A stretch of 64,000 nt of DNA from a plasmid. The notes beneath the pieces were generated by a model that ran no database searches, was not told where the DNA came from, and saw nothing but the letters and a program-made list of their open reading frames with translations. Location of the stretch: the sequence record NZ_CP118992.1; one strand, written 5' to 3'. The number at the start of each line of letters is the position of its first letter. Within the stretch, counting starts at the first letter, position 1. Positions 29,152 to 41,324 of this stretch are shown piece after piece. A program made the position numbers and the translations under genes.

Positions 29152-29400
29152 GTGCAGTCGTCTATTGAACGAACAGTATCAGGAGTCCGCTGCACGAATG
29201 ATGACCTCAAGCCGGTTCTGGTCGCGCTGGCGACCGATCAGCCCCTGGATGTGCGATACCGCGACCACGATCTTTCCGGCGATTGGGCGGGCTACCGCGA
29301 ATGCCACATCAAGCCCGACCTGCTGCTGATCTACCGCAAGTCCGACGCCGACACCCTGCGACTGGCGCGGCTTGGCTCCCATAGCGAGCTGTTCGGCTGA
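29152..29400 (+). CDS. YafQ/RelE-family toxin-like protein, no adjacent antitoxin
   Basis: From GTG 29152: MQSSIERTVSG...LKPVLVALATDQPLDVRYRDHDLSGDWAGYRECHIKPDLLLIYRKSDADTLRLARLGSHSELFG aligns with E. coli YafQ (HPLQGSWKGYRDAHVEPDWILIYK...TGTHAALFG). The start codon sits inside an 11-bp-arm inverted repeat. Confidence 0.6.
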   Translation: MQSSIERTVSGVRCTNDDLKPVLVALATDQPLDVRYRDHDLSGDWAGYRECHIKPDLLLIYRKSDADTLRLARLGSHSELFG

Positions 29401-29439
29401 TGCCAGTCGCCTTGTCCGCCAAACGATCATTAGGCGGCC

Positions 29440-29526
29440 AAACCGGACGCCTGTCCGAAAACATCTTGCGCAACGGGATGACGGACAATAAGATAGGCGG
29501 ACGGTATAACGGACAAATGGGCGGAA
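29440..29526. promoter_or_regulatory. res-like site upstream of the orphan resolvase
   Basis: Repeated TGTCCG/CGGACA motifs: ctgTCCGaaaaca...gaCGGAcaataagataggCGGAcggtataaCGGAcaaatgggCGGAaatgg. Confidence 0.4.
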
Positions 29527-30102
29527 ATGGCACTCATCGGCTATGCGCGGGTATCGACGGCGGAACAGGACACCGCCTTGCAGACGGATGCGCTGCGCAA
29601 TGCAGGCTGCGAACGGGTTTTCGAGGACACGGCATCCGGGGCCAAGGCAGACCGGCCCGGCTTGGCCGATGCGCTGGCTTATCTGCGCGATGGCGATGTG
29701 CTGGTCGTCTGGCGGCTGGATCGGCTTGGCCGCTCCCTGCCGCACCTGATTGAGACGGTCGGCAAGCTGGAAGCACGGGGCGTCGGCTTCCGCTCGTTGA
29801 CTGAAAACATCGACACCACCACGCCGGGCGGACGGCTCATCTTCCATGTGTTCGGTGCGCTGGGCCAGTTCGAGCGCGACCTGATCCGCGAGCGCACCAA
29901 GGCCGGGTTGACCGCTGCCGCCGCACGCGGGCGCAAAGGCGGACGCAAGCCGGTTGTCACTGCCGACAAGTTGCAACGAGCGCGGGAGCTTGTCGCCAAC
30001 GGCTTGAATGTCCGCGAGGCCGCCGCACGCCTCAAGGTAGGAAAAACCGCTCTCTACGCTGCCTTGCAGGCGGCCAGTTCTGGCAGTGCAGCCGACTCCT
30101 GA
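29527..30102 (+). CDS. serine recombinase (resolvase/invertase family), orphan
   Basis: MALIGYARVSTAEQ...; ~55 percent identical in pattern to the transposon TnpR; C-terminal HTH. Confidence 0.85.
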   Translation: MALIGYARVSTAEQDTALQTDALRNAGCERVFEDTASGAKADRPGLADALAYLRDGDVLVVWRLDRLGRSLPHLIETVGKLEARGVGFRSLTENIDTTTPGGRLIFHVFGALGQFERDLIRERTKAGLTAAAARGRKGGRKPVVTADKLQRARELVANGLNVREAAARLKVGKTALYAALQAASSGSAADS

Positions 30103-30253
30103 TATTTCGTGCAGTCGCCTTCTGAAAACGACAGGCTGTTCGAGCTTTTTACGCCAGTAAGCAAACTGGTGATAGACCAGTGCCTGGCTTTTGCAAAAGG
30201 CGTGGCCGGAGAGGCCGGAGTCAAGCCAGGCAGTGATCTGCTGCTGCCAAAAA

Positions 30254-30529
30254 TCAGCACGTTCTTGAGTGGTCATAGTGAAAATCCAGCGAAGAGGTAA
30301 TGGATTTCAAGTGTGACGAGCTGATTTTGGGAAAAAAAGATGCCGATTCAAGGGCGCTTACCCAATCTCTATCAGCTTTAACGCGGGGTAAGGTGTTGGA
30401 CTGCTCAATACGTCGCGCAGTTCGGGTGGAAATGGCAGACTTCGCAGCAGCGATTTCTTGAGTCATGCCTTGTTGGCGATGCTGCATATACAGCTCCTCT
30501 TGTCGGTGAGTGATATGTTGTCCAGGCAC
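30254..30529 (-). pseudogene. possible HTH-containing N-terminal fragment of a transposase (IS481/IS630-like)
   Basis: ...ITHRQEELYMQHRQQGMTQEIAAAKSAISTRTARRIE... HTH pattern. 91-aa ORF with no downstream catalytic domain. Confidence 0.25.
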
Positions 30530-30710
30530 CTTGAACTCCGAACAGAAAACAAGGTACCTATTGTGACACCCAACCGGCCAAGATAATTGTCGTCAACCGG
30601 TCATCCTAATTGTCGCCGAACAGAGGGTGAGGGCGCATGTTGTCAGCTTACTTTCCACAGCAAACGGTTTTACTCCATGAACTGTAAGGTTATTAACATC
30701 ATCGGACCCT

Positions 30711-31966
30711 CAGAGATCCCCTCATTTTTAGAGACTCAAATAATTCCAAGTGTGCGGGTATATAAGCGGTGTTGCTTCAGGTAGTAGATAAATTTATCCA
30801 TCAACAAGACCGCATTGGTTTCTTTCATTTTAGGTAGCAACTGGTAATAGATGACCCCTTGCCGAAAGAACGAATAGGTTCGGCTCTTGCTGGTATTGAC
30901 CTTGATCGTTCTCTCTAGACCGACACTGTCTCCAGCCTTACCCAGCAGCGTCAGCAAGACGATGGCCAGGGCACTGAATAAAAACAGTCGGTCGCGCCGG
31001 ACCGGATTACTGATGTGCACATCTCCCATACCCATGCCGAATTTGTAATCTTTGATATCACGAAAACTGGTCTCGATACCCCAGCGCTGGCCGTATAGTT
31101 GCAACGCCTTGGCGGCGCTCAGGTCGGTCCGGTTACTGGCCAGAAACCACGCGTCTTTCATGCCACTCTTATGACAACAATAGACCCGTTCGACAGGCTG
31201 TCGCTGCCCAGTTAGCTCCACCGCTTTGAGGGTTCGGGTGCGCCCGGTCGGCGTTAGCCAGTCCCGAGCTGGAACCTGCTCTACACCAGGGTAACCAACC
31301 AAAACATTTCCTTTAAATCTAATGAGATAAGCAAAGCCTAGCTCTTGCTCCAGGCGTTCGAACAGCTCCATGTAACCAAAGCCGCGGTCAGCTACTACCG
31401 TCACGAAGATACCCTCTGGCAACGTCTGCTTGAGCTTGGTGAGCAGCTCTTTCTCATGGGCATTGCGTTGCCCTTTGAGCAACGATTTCCGATGGGTTTT
31501 CCACAGCAGCGGAGTACTGCGACCGTGGTTGGTTTGCAGGCTGATAACCAAGGTACTGTGATCATCGGCATCGAATTCGGTCCAGTCCATGGAGACTACG
31601 ATCTCGGTACGTTCACCGACCACATAGGGCACCCAATCGTCAAAGAGGCTCCAGACATTGAGCTTGGTGTTAGTGAGCAGGCGATCCACCTGTTTAACCG
31701 CATGTTTACGTTCGAGACCGTTGGCCAAGGAGAGGCCACTACCGATGGCGTGGATGGCCAGTGAACCTGACTCGATAACCCCGAGGGTAGCATTGGCGAG
31801 GGAAAGAACACGCTTGGCATGCATGTCCTGTCCAAATATATCGTCGATGTGGTTGAGGATTAGTTCGTGGTTAAACATGGGGATAGTCTGTTGGGTATTA
31901 GCTGGTCAAGGATGGCGATCATACCTCAGAAGCCGCGCCACGCCTCGCTCATATGAGGGGATGGTT
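30711..31966 (-). mobile_element. IS4-family (IS50-like) element copy A
   Basis: Transposase 30736..31878; 10-bp direct repeat CATCGGACCC on both flanks. The copy B end carries the IS50-OE-like CTGACTCTTATACACC. Confidence 0.65.
30736..31878 (-). CDS. IS4-family DDE transposase (380 aa)
   Basis: ...VVADRGFGYMELF...YGQRWGIETSFRDIKDYKFG... DDE and YREK signature. Confidence 0.85.
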   Translation of the reverse strand: MFNHELILNHIDDIFGQDMHAKRVLSLANATLGVIESGSLAIHAIGSGLSLANGLERKHAVKQVDRLLTNTKLNVWSLFDDWVPYVVGERTEIVVSMDWTEFDADDHSTLVISLQTNHGRSTPLLWKTHRKSLLKGQRNAHEKELLTKLKQTLPEGIFVTVVADRGFGYMELFERLEQELGFAYLIRFKGNVLVGYPGVEQVPARDWLTPTGRTRTLKAVELTGQRQPVERVYCCHKSGMKDAWFLASNRTDLSAAKALQLYGQRWGIETSFRDIKDYKFGMGMGDVHISNPVRRDRLFLFSALAIVLLTLLGKAGDSVGLERTIKVNTSKSRTYSFFRQGVIYYQLLPKMKETNAVLLMDKFIYYLKQHRLYTRTLGII

Positions 31967-32883
31967 AAGCATCGGACCCTTTTGTTTGCTTCCGTCATCA
32001 GAAGATTAAAAAGAGCCCGAGCAGCAGGTCCTGTCTCCTCGCCCTTAGGTAGGGTTAGATGAAGGGGAACCTGGTAGTCAAATCCCTCCTGAATATCAAG
32101 GTTAACAATCTCAGGATTATTGATTTTATTAATAAGGTGTTCAGGAATTCGGCAAAATCCCAAACCTGAAATCACTGCGTCAATTGCATAATCAAAATTG
32201 TCCACCGTTAATCTGCGTTGTGTTTTCAGCCAGCCAACATTTTCCCCCTGAAAGTTTTCGTCGCGACCTAAGTCTCTCAGAACAATTTGAGTTGTATTTA
32301 CCAATTCATTTACATTGATATTCTTTTGCCTGGAAAGTGGGTGCCTGGAAGAAATTACCGGCAACATCTTTACATGGCCAAAGAAAGATGATGGGTGATT
32401 TTCAACAGGTAGGTTAATAATGGCAATATCAGATATTTTTTCTTTAACGTATTTTCGGGTAGAGCTAAGCGAGGTTTCGCGCAAAGTAACAGATGTTAAT
32501 TCATTATTAGAACAGAATGTTGTCAAGGGACCATAAATCCAGTTGCGATCACAAAGATGATCCACTGAGACTGTGAGATTGGACTCGTATCTTTCGGAAA
32601 GGAGATGACTCTGTTTTTCTAATTGCCGGGCTATTTCAAGCATGGTGCCCGCTTTTCGTAAAAGAAAAGTCGCATTGGCTGTTAAACGCGTCTTGTTGCC
32701 TACCACCTCAACCAGCTTCGTACCAAGCTGATCTTCAAGTTTTTTCACTGAATACAAAAGAGTGGTGTGGCTCTTATTTAACCTTTCAGCAGCGCCCTGC
32801 ACACTTCCTTCTTCGCTGATAGCAACTAAGTTCACCCACTGGTCGAGTGTGGATTTCAGTCTTTCTGTCATATTTTTGAACAC
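31906..32883 (-). CDS. LysR-family transcriptional regulator; last 17 codons derived from the IS4-like end
   Basis: N-terminal HTH ...LVAISEEGSVQGAAERLNKSHTTLLYSVKKLEDQLG. Reconstructing the pre-insertion sequence gives a stop (TGA) inside the duplicated CATCGGACCC, so the IS replaced the stop and extended the ORF into IS sequence. Confidence 0.8.
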   Translation of the reverse strand: MFKNMTERLKSTLDQWVNLVAISEEGSVQGAAERLNKSHTTLLYSVKKLEDQLGTKLVEVVGNKTRLTANATFLLRKAGTMLEIARQLEKQSHLLSERYESNLTVSVDHLCDRNWIYGPLTTFCSNNELTSVTLRETSLSSTRKYVKEKISDIAIINLPVENHPSSFFGHVKMLPVISSRHPLSRQKNINVNELVNTTQIVLRDLGRDENFQGENVGWLKTQRRLTVDNFDYAIDAVISGLGFCRIPEHLINKINNPEIVNLDIQEGFDYQVPLHLTLPKGEETGPAARALFNLLMTEANKRVRCLTIPSYERGVARLLRYDRHP

Positions 32884-32966
32884 ATAATGGCTAATTTATG
32901 AAGTTGATTGTGCAATAAATTCATAATAACATACAGGCATTCTGAGAAAACGTTAGCACTGGAGGT

Positions 32967-33278
32967 ATGATGTCGAACAAACTTTTACAGCTACACTTTG
33001 ATTTTCATGGCCCGTTTGGTCCCGAAATGTCTCGTCAACTGGTAGGCCTGGCAGAATCAATCAATTCTGAACCTGGTTTTATCTGGAAAATCTGGACTGA
33101 AAGTAAGGATAATCAAGAGGCTGGCGGCATTTACCTGTTTCAGGATGAGGATACTGCATTGGCTTATGTCAAAAAGCACTCAGAACGCCTGAAGCCACTC
33201 GGGGTGTCCGAAGTCATCTACAAAATTTTCGATGTGAATGAGCCACTCACTAAGATAAACCGGGGTCAGGCGCAGTAA
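32967..33278 (+). CDS. YdhR-like small protein (putative monooxygenase-like, dimeric alpha+beta barrel)
   Basis: 103 aa, [33 protein letters not shown]...[20 protein letters not shown]; divergent from lysR. Confidence 0.55.
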   Translation: MMSNKLLQLHFDFHGPFGPEMSRQLVGLAESINSEPGFIWKIWTESKDNQEAGGIYLFQDEDTALAYVKKHSERLKPLGVSEVIYKIFDVNEPLTKINRGQAQ

Positions 33279-33672
33279 TCGGAATGTCATTCAGGGAGGT
33301 TTATCCATGCCTCCCTGAATGAATGCCTGGCGGCTAATTACACGTGTATAACCTATCATTTATTTTCATTTCTTCGTTCTTGCTGACGAAAACAGGTTCA
33401 AAAGAGTGTCTCACCTGAGGGATCCCCACAAATTGCTCCCCCATATTATCCACACTCTATCAGATCGTCCGGTGTCCAGCACCACTGAGCCTGACTCTTA
33501 TACACCTTAGAGATCCCCTCATTTTTAGAGACTCAAATAATTCCAAGTGTGCGGCTATATAAACGGTGTGTAACTGTTCACCCAGATGGCATTGACAGGA
33601 AAAAGTGAGACGATCATCCCTTGATCCACTGTTGCCCCTTGCCTGATCCCGCCAGCTTGGCACCATCACGTC

Positions 33673-35091
33673 ATGAGCAAACCCATTACGCCACCACCCG
33701 GCCTGCCGCTGACCCTCGAGCAAGCCAACGAGCTGATTTACAAGCTGATGGCGCGCATCGCCGAGCTTGAAGACCGCCTCAACCAAAACAGCAATAACTC
33801 CTCCAAGCCCCCCTCCACTGATGGCTCGGGGACCCCGCCTGCGCGCAAGCGCCCCGCTTCCGGCAAGGCTCGTGGTGCCCAGCCTGGCCACAAGGGGCAG
33901 CGGCGTGAACGTCATCCTGAGGACGACCGACTGACGGCAATACCACACTATCCTGCCCGGCAGTGCGCCTGCTGTGGTGAGCAGGTGGTGTCCCATGACA
34001 AGCCCTACCGGGTTCATCAGGTGTTTGACCTGCCCGAGGTCAGCTATGTGGTGACAGAGCATCAGCTGTATCGGGGCACCTGCCGTGGGTGCGTCACCAC
34101 CAGTGAAGCAGCCCTGCCCGATACGGTGAGCCACAGCCAGATGGGGGCTAATCTGCTGAGCTATATCGCTTTGCAGAGTGGTCAGTTCCACCAGAGCATC
34201 AGCAAGATACAGCAGCAGCTCAAGCAGCACTTCGGTTTGAGCTTTAGCCGAGGCGCCATCAGTGAAGCGCAAGGCCGGGTCAGCGCCATGCTCACCCCGA
34301 CCCACCAAGCCATCAAACAGCAAGTGCAGTCTGCCGCCATCATCCATGCCGATGAAACCCGGCACCAGCGGGGCGGTGAGCGACGCTGGATGTGGCTGGC
34401 CCTGAGCAAGGTCGCGGTCTGCTTCATGACGGCGTTTGGCCGCGGTCAGGAGGCAGCGAAGCGGTTGCTGGGCAGTGAGCTTGATGGGGTGCTGGTGACC
34501 GACCAGTATGCGGGATACCGCTTCATCGACAGCGCCCAGCGCCAACTGTGCTGGGCGCATGTGCTGCGCAACGTGGCGGCGATTGCCGAGAGTAGCGACG
34601 CCGTCAACCAGCCTATCGGAGCCCGGCTGGTACTGCTGGCTGACACGGTGTTCAGAACCCGGCATGGCTATGAACAAGGCTGCTTAAGCCGGGAGCAGTA
34701 CCAGCGAAGGTTGCAGCGATGTCGGCAAAGCTGGCGAAGGCAGCTGGAGCGGGGCAGTGTACTGTGTTCCAAGCGCTACCGTGGGCGCTGCCAGTTACTG
34801 CTCAAGGACGATGAGATGCTATGGCGTTTTATGGAAAACGACGAGATAGCGCTGACCAACAATGAAGCGGAGCGGGCGCTGCGTGGCTATGTGCTGTGGC
34901 GCAAGGGAAGCTATGGCGTCTGGTCGCATCGAGGCGAGCAGTTCAGGCAGCGTATCCTATCGTTGGTGGAGACGGCCAAGCGATTGGGCCGCTGCCCGCA
35001 GGAGTGGCTGAGGGCAGTTGTCAGGTCCTGCATCGAGAAAACCGACTACCCGTTCCCGGAGGAGTTGGTGCTGTCAACACCGTCCCGGTGA
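33673..35091 (+). CDS. IS66-family transposase (TnpC-like, 472 aa), copy 1
   Basis: N-terminal leucine zipper (LEQANELIYKLMARIAELEDRL), CxxC...CxxC zinc finger, DDE core (IHADETRHQ...VLVTDQYAGY). Typical IS66 TnpC architecture without tnpA/tnpB. Confidence 0.85.
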   Translation: MSKPITPPPGLPLTLEQANELIYKLMARIAELEDRLNQNSNNSSKPPSTDGSGTPPARKRPASGKARGAQPGHKGQRRERHPEDDRLTAIPHYPARQCACCGEQVVSHDKPYRVHQVFDLPEVSYVVTEHQLYRGTCRGCVTTSEAALPDTVSHSQMGANLLSYIALQSGQFHQSISKIQQQLKQHFGLSFSRGAISEAQGRVSAMLTPTHQAIKQQVQSAAIIHADETRHQRGGERRWMWLALSKVAVCFMTAFGRGQEAAKRLLGSELDGVLVTDQYAGYRFIDSAQRQLCWAHVLRNVAAIAESSDAVNQPIGARLVLLADTVFRTRHGYEQGCLSREQYQRRLQRCRQSWRRQLERGSVLCSKRYRGRCQLLLKDDEMLWRFMENDEIALTNNEAERALRGYVLWRKGSYGVWSHRGEQFRQRILSLVETAKRLGRCPQEWLRAVVRSCIEKTDYPFPEELVLSTPSR

Positions 35092-35371
35092 ACGGTTACA
35101 ACGGTGTTGCTTCAGGTAGTAGATAAATTTATCCAGCAATAGGACTGCATTGGCCTCTTTCATTTTTGGCAGCAACTGGTAATAGATGACCCCTTGCCGA
35201 AAGAACGAATAGGTTCGGCTCTTGCTGGTATTGACCTTGATCGTTCTCTCCAGGCCAACGCTATCGCCGTAACTGTTCACCCAGATGGCATTGACAGGAA
35301 AAAGTGAGACGATCATCCCTTGATCCACTGTTGCCCCTTGCCTGATCCCGCCAGCTTGGCACCATCACGTC

Positions 35372-36790
35372 ATGAGCAAACCCATTACGCCACCACCCGG
35401 CCTGCCGCTGACCCTCGAGCAAGCCAACGAGCTGATTTACAAGCTGATGGCGCGCATCGCCGAGCTTGAAGACCGCCTCAACCAAAACAGCAATAACTCC
35501 TCCAAGCCCCCCTCCACTGATGGCTCGGGGACCCCGCCTGCGCGCAAGCGCCCCGCTTCCGGCAAGGCTCGTGGTGCCCAGCCTGGCCACAAGGGGCAGC
35601 GGCGTGAACGTCATCCTGAGGACGACCGACTGACGGCAATACCACACTATCCTGCCCGGCAGTGCGCCTGCTGTGGTGAGCAGGTGGTGTCCCATGACAA
35701 GCCCTACCGGGTTCATCAGGTGTTTGACCTGCCCGAGGTCAGCTATGTGGTGACAGAGCATCAGCTGTATCGGGGCACCTGCCGTGGGTGCGTCACCACC
35801 AGTGAAGCAGCCCTGCCCGATACGGTGAGCCACAGCCAGATGGGGGCTAATCTGCTGAGCTATATCGCTTTGCAGAGTGGTCAGTTCCACCAGAGCATCA
35901 GCAAGATACAGCAGCAGCTCAAGCAGCACTTCGGTTTGAGCTTTAGCCGAGGCGCCATCAGTGAAGCGCAAGGCCGGGTCAGCGCCATGCTCACCCCGAC
36001 CCACCAAGCCATCAAACAGCAAGTGCAGTCTGCCGCCATCATCCATGCCGATGAAACCCGGCACCAGCGGGGCGGTGAGCGACGCTGGATGTGGCTGGCC
36101 CTGAGCAAGGTCGCGGTCTGCTTCATGACGGCGTTTGGCCGCGGTCAGGAGGCAGCGAAGCGGTTGCTGGGCAGTGAGCTTGATGGGGTGCTGGTGACCG
36201 ACCAGTATGCGGGATACCGCTTCATCGACAGCGCCCAGCGCCAACTGTGCTGGGCGCATGTGCTGCGCAACGTGGCGGCGATTGCCGAGAGTAGCGACGC
36301 CGTCAACCAGCCTATCGGAGCCCGGCTGGTACTGCTGGCTGACACGGTGTTCAGAACCCGGCATGGCTATGAACAAGGCTGCTTAAGCCGGGAGCAGTAC
36401 CAGCGAAGGTTGCAGCGATGTCGGCAAAGCTGGCGAAGGCAGCTGGAGCGGGGCAGTGTACTGTGTTCCAAGCGCTACCGTGGGCGCTGCCAGTTACTGC
36501 TCAAGGACGATGAGATGCTATGGCGTTTTATGGAAAACGACGAGATAGCGCTGACCAACAATGAAGCGGAGCGGGCGCTGCGTGGCTATGTGCTGTGGCG
36601 CAAGGGAAGCTATGGCGTCTGGTCGCATCGAGGCGAGCAGTTCAGGCAGCGTATCCTATCGTTGGTGGAGACGGCCAAGCGATTGGGCCGCTGCCCGCAG
36701 GAGTGGCTGAGGGCAGTTGTCAGGTCCTGCATCGAGAAAACCGACTACCCGTTCCCGGAGGAGTTGGTGCTGTCAACACCGTCCCGGTGA
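35372..36790 (+). CDS. IS66-family transposase, copy 2 (identical)
   Basis: Identical 472-aa ORF. Confidence 0.85.
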   Translation: MSKPITPPPGLPLTLEQANELIYKLMARIAELEDRLNQNSNNSSKPPSTDGSGTPPARKRPASGKARGAQPGHKGQRRERHPEDDRLTAIPHYPARQCACCGEQVVSHDKPYRVHQVFDLPEVSYVVTEHQLYRGTCRGCVTTSEAALPDTVSHSQMGANLLSYIALQSGQFHQSISKIQQQLKQHFGLSFSRGAISEAQGRVSAMLTPTHQAIKQQVQSAAIIHADETRHQRGGERRWMWLALSKVAVCFMTAFGRGQEAAKRLLGSELDGVLVTDQYAGYRFIDSAQRQLCWAHVLRNVAAIAESSDAVNQPIGARLVLLADTVFRTRHGYEQGCLSREQYQRRLQRCRQSWRRQLERGSVLCSKRYRGRCQLLLKDDEMLWRFMENDEIALTNNEAERALRGYVLWRKGSYGVWSHRGEQFRQRILSLVETAKRLGRCPQEWLRAVVRSCIEKTDYPFPEELVLSTPSR

Positions 36791-37070
36791 ACGGTTACAA
36801 CGGTGTTGCTTCAGGTAGTAGATAAATTTATCCAGCAATAGGACTGCATTGGCCTCTTTCATTTTTGGCAGCAACTGGTAATAGATGACCCCTTGCCGAA
36901 AGAACGAATAGGTTCGGCTCTTGCTGGTATTGACCTTGATCGTTCTCTCCAGGCCAACGCTATCGCCGTAACTGTTCACCCAGATGGCATTGACAGGAAA
37001 AAGTGAGACGATCATCCCTTGATCCACTGTTGCCCCTTGCCTGATCCCGCCAGCTTGGCACCATCACGTC

Positions 37071-38489
37071 ATGAGCAAACCCATTACGCCACCACCCGGC
37101 CTGCCGCTGACCCTCGAGCAAGCCAACGAGCTGATTTACAAGCTGATGGCGCGCATCGCCGAGCTTGAAGACCGCCTCAACCAAAACAGCAATAACTCCT
37201 CCAAGCCCCCCTCCACTGATGGCTCGGGGACCCCGCCTGCGCGCAAGCGCCCCGCTTCCGGCAAGGCTCGTGGTGCCCAGCCTGGCCACAAGGGGCAGCG
37301 GCGTGAACGTCATCCTGAGGACGACCGACTGACGGCAATACCACACTATCCTGCCCGGCAGTGCGCCTGCTGTGGTGAGCAGGTGGTGTCCCATGACAAG
37401 CCCTACCGGGTTCATCAGGTGTTTGACCTGCCCGAGGTCAGCTATGTGGTGACAGAGCATCAGCTGTATCGGGGCACCTGCCGTGGGTGCGTCACCACCA
37501 GTGAAGCAGCCCTGCCCGATACGGTGAGCCACAGCCAGATGGGGGCTAATCTGCTGAGCTATATCGCTTTGCAGAGTGGTCAGTTCCACCAGAGCATCAG
37601 CAAGATACAGCAGCAGCTCAAGCAGCACTTCGGTTTGAGCTTTAGCCGAGGCGCCATCAGTGAAGCGCAAGGCCGGGTCAGCGCCATGCTCACCCCGACC
37701 CACCAAGCCATCAAACAGCAAGTGCAGTCTGCCGCCATCATCCATGCCGATGAAACCCGGCACCAGCGGGGCGGTGAGCGACGCTGGATGTGGCTGGCCC
37801 TGAGCAAGGTCGCGGTCTGCTTCATGACGGCGTTTGGCCGCGGTCAGGAGGCAGCGAAGCGGTTGCTGGGCAGTGAGCTTGATGGGGTGCTGGTGACCGA
37901 CCAGTATGCGGGATACCGCTTCATCGACAGCGCCCAGCGCCAACTGTGCTGGGCGCATGTGCTGCGCAACGTGGCGGCGATTGCCGAGAGTAGCGACGCC
38001 GTCAACCAGCCTATCGGAGCCCGGCTGGTACTGCTGGCTGACACGGTGTTCAGAACCCGGCATGGCTATGAACAAGGCTGCTTAAGCCGGGAGCAGTACC
38101 AGCGAAGGTTGCAGCGATGTCGGCAAAGCTGGCGAAGGCAGCTGGAGCGGGGCAGTGTACTGTGTTCCAAGCGCTACCGTGGGCGCTGCCAGTTACTGCT
38201 CAAGGACGATGAGATGCTATGGCGTTTTATGGAAAACGACGAGATAGCGCTGACCAACAATGAAGCGGAGCGGGCGCTGCGTGGCTATGTGCTGTGGCGC
38301 AAGGGAAGCTATGGCGTCTGGTCGCATCGAGGCGAGCAGTTCAGGCAGCGTATCCTATCGTTGGTGGAGACGGCCAAGCGATTGGGCCGCTGCCCGCAGG
38401 AGTGGCTGAGGGCAGTTGTCAGGTCCTGCATCGAGAAAACCGACTACCCGTTCCCGGAGGAGTTGGTGCTGTCAACACCGTCCCGGTGA
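37071..38489 (+). CDS. IS66-family transposase, copy 3 (identical)
   Basis: Identical 472-aa ORF. Confidence 0.85.
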   Translation: MSKPITPPPGLPLTLEQANELIYKLMARIAELEDRLNQNSNNSSKPPSTDGSGTPPARKRPASGKARGAQPGHKGQRRERHPEDDRLTAIPHYPARQCACCGEQVVSHDKPYRVHQVFDLPEVSYVVTEHQLYRGTCRGCVTTSEAALPDTVSHSQMGANLLSYIALQSGQFHQSISKIQQQLKQHFGLSFSRGAISEAQGRVSAMLTPTHQAIKQQVQSAAIIHADETRHQRGGERRWMWLALSKVAVCFMTAFGRGQEAAKRLLGSELDGVLVTDQYAGYRFIDSAQRQLCWAHVLRNVAAIAESSDAVNQPIGARLVLLADTVFRTRHGYEQGCLSREQYQRRLQRCRQSWRRQLERGSVLCSKRYRGRCQLLLKDDEMLWRFMENDEIALTNNEAERALRGYVLWRKGSYGVWSHRGEQFRQRILSLVETAKRLGRCPQEWLRAVVRSCIEKTDYPFPEELVLSTPSR

Positions 38490-38493
38490 ACGG

Positions 38494-40242
<1,749 letters not shown>

Positions 40243-40616
40243 CCTTGGTAAAATGGCACCTCCCGCCTGGGCCATGAATAAACAACTTCGTCCATCCACA
40301 AAACTGTACAAAAACGATATTTTTTCACCCGGAAAGTTCGTGATGGTACAAATCATGTCGCGATAAATGCGCCAGCTATCCCATACCTTGACCCATTCTC
40401 TGACTCGCAATCCGGCAGCCTTGTCGAGCGCCACCGCTACTAACATCGGCCGAGCGGCGCCCAAAGCCGTGGCCGCCACCTTAAGGCGTGGATTTCAAAT
40501 CCCATCAAGGCGGATTTATCCCAGCCACTGGCAAAGTGCTCCGCGATCTGGCAGAAGATTTGCTACTGCCTCCACGGCTGGGGGCGCCCATCAGCCCTCG
40601 AACACGAACCAGAGAG

Positions 40617-41324
40617 ATGAGTATGCGTGCACACTATTTCCAACACGTCCCATTCGAGGGGCTCGGCGTGATCGAGCCCTGGTTGCAAGCCGCAGGCTAC
40701 CAAATCAGCCGCACCTGTTTTTATCAGCCCCATGAACTCCCCCGCCTAGCCGCTCTCGATCTGTTGATCGTCCTGGGGGGCCCCATGAGTGTGAATGATG
40801 AAGACTCCCTCCCCTGGCTCACCGCAGAAAAGGCGTTCATCCGGCAAGCCATCGCAGCGAACAAACCAATATTGGGAATTTGCCTGGGGGCCCAACTCAT
40901 CGCCAATGCCTGCAATTGCCGCGTGAGCCCTAATCCGCTGAAGGAGATAGGCTGGTTTCCTATCACCGCTGTTGCGCATGAACAGCCGGCGCTGTTTGCA
41001 TTCCCTCCCGAACTCACCGTACTACAGTGGCATGGGGAGACCTTTGAACTGCCACCCCAGGCCCAGCAGTTAGCGCGAAGTCAGGCCTGTGAACAGCAAG
41101 CCTTTCAGCTGATCGGTAAACCGGTGATCGGTCTGCAATTTCATCTGGAGACTACAGCTTCGTCGCTGCAATCGCTGATGGGAAACTGCGCCGAAGAGCT
41201 GGTGGTGGCCCCCTATATTCAGAGTGCGGAGTCTCTGCGAGCAACTCCGGCGAGCCAGTATCGGCTGGTCAATGAGGTCATGGCGAAACTCTTGAACTAT
41301 CTGACGCAATGGCCCCACATCTGA
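40617..41324 (+). CDS. class I glutamine amidotransferase-like protein
   Basis: Start at MSMRAHYFQHV within ORF 40488..41324. GATase1 pattern LLIVLGGPMSVNDEDSLPWL...KPILGICLGAQLIA with the catalytic Cys. Confidence 0.7.
   Translation: MSMRAHYFQHVPFEGLGVIEPWLQAAGYQISRTCFYQPHELPRLAALDLLIVLGGPMSVNDEDSLPWLTAEKAFIRQAIAANKPILGICLGAQLIANACNCRVSPNPLKEIGWFPITAVAHEQPALFAFPPELTVLQWHGETFELPPQAQQLARSQACEQQAFQLIGKPVIGLQFHLETTASSLQSLMGNCAEELVVAPYIQSAESLRATPASQYRLVNEVMAKLLNYLTQWPHI

Noticed and set aside
29179-30276. 365-aa minus-strand ORF overlapping the orphan resolvase
   Set aside because: It fully overlaps the well-supported serine recombinase gene on the plus strand. Only its first ~58 codons (30103-30276, MTTQERADFWQQ...) lie outside, and I could not assign them confidently.
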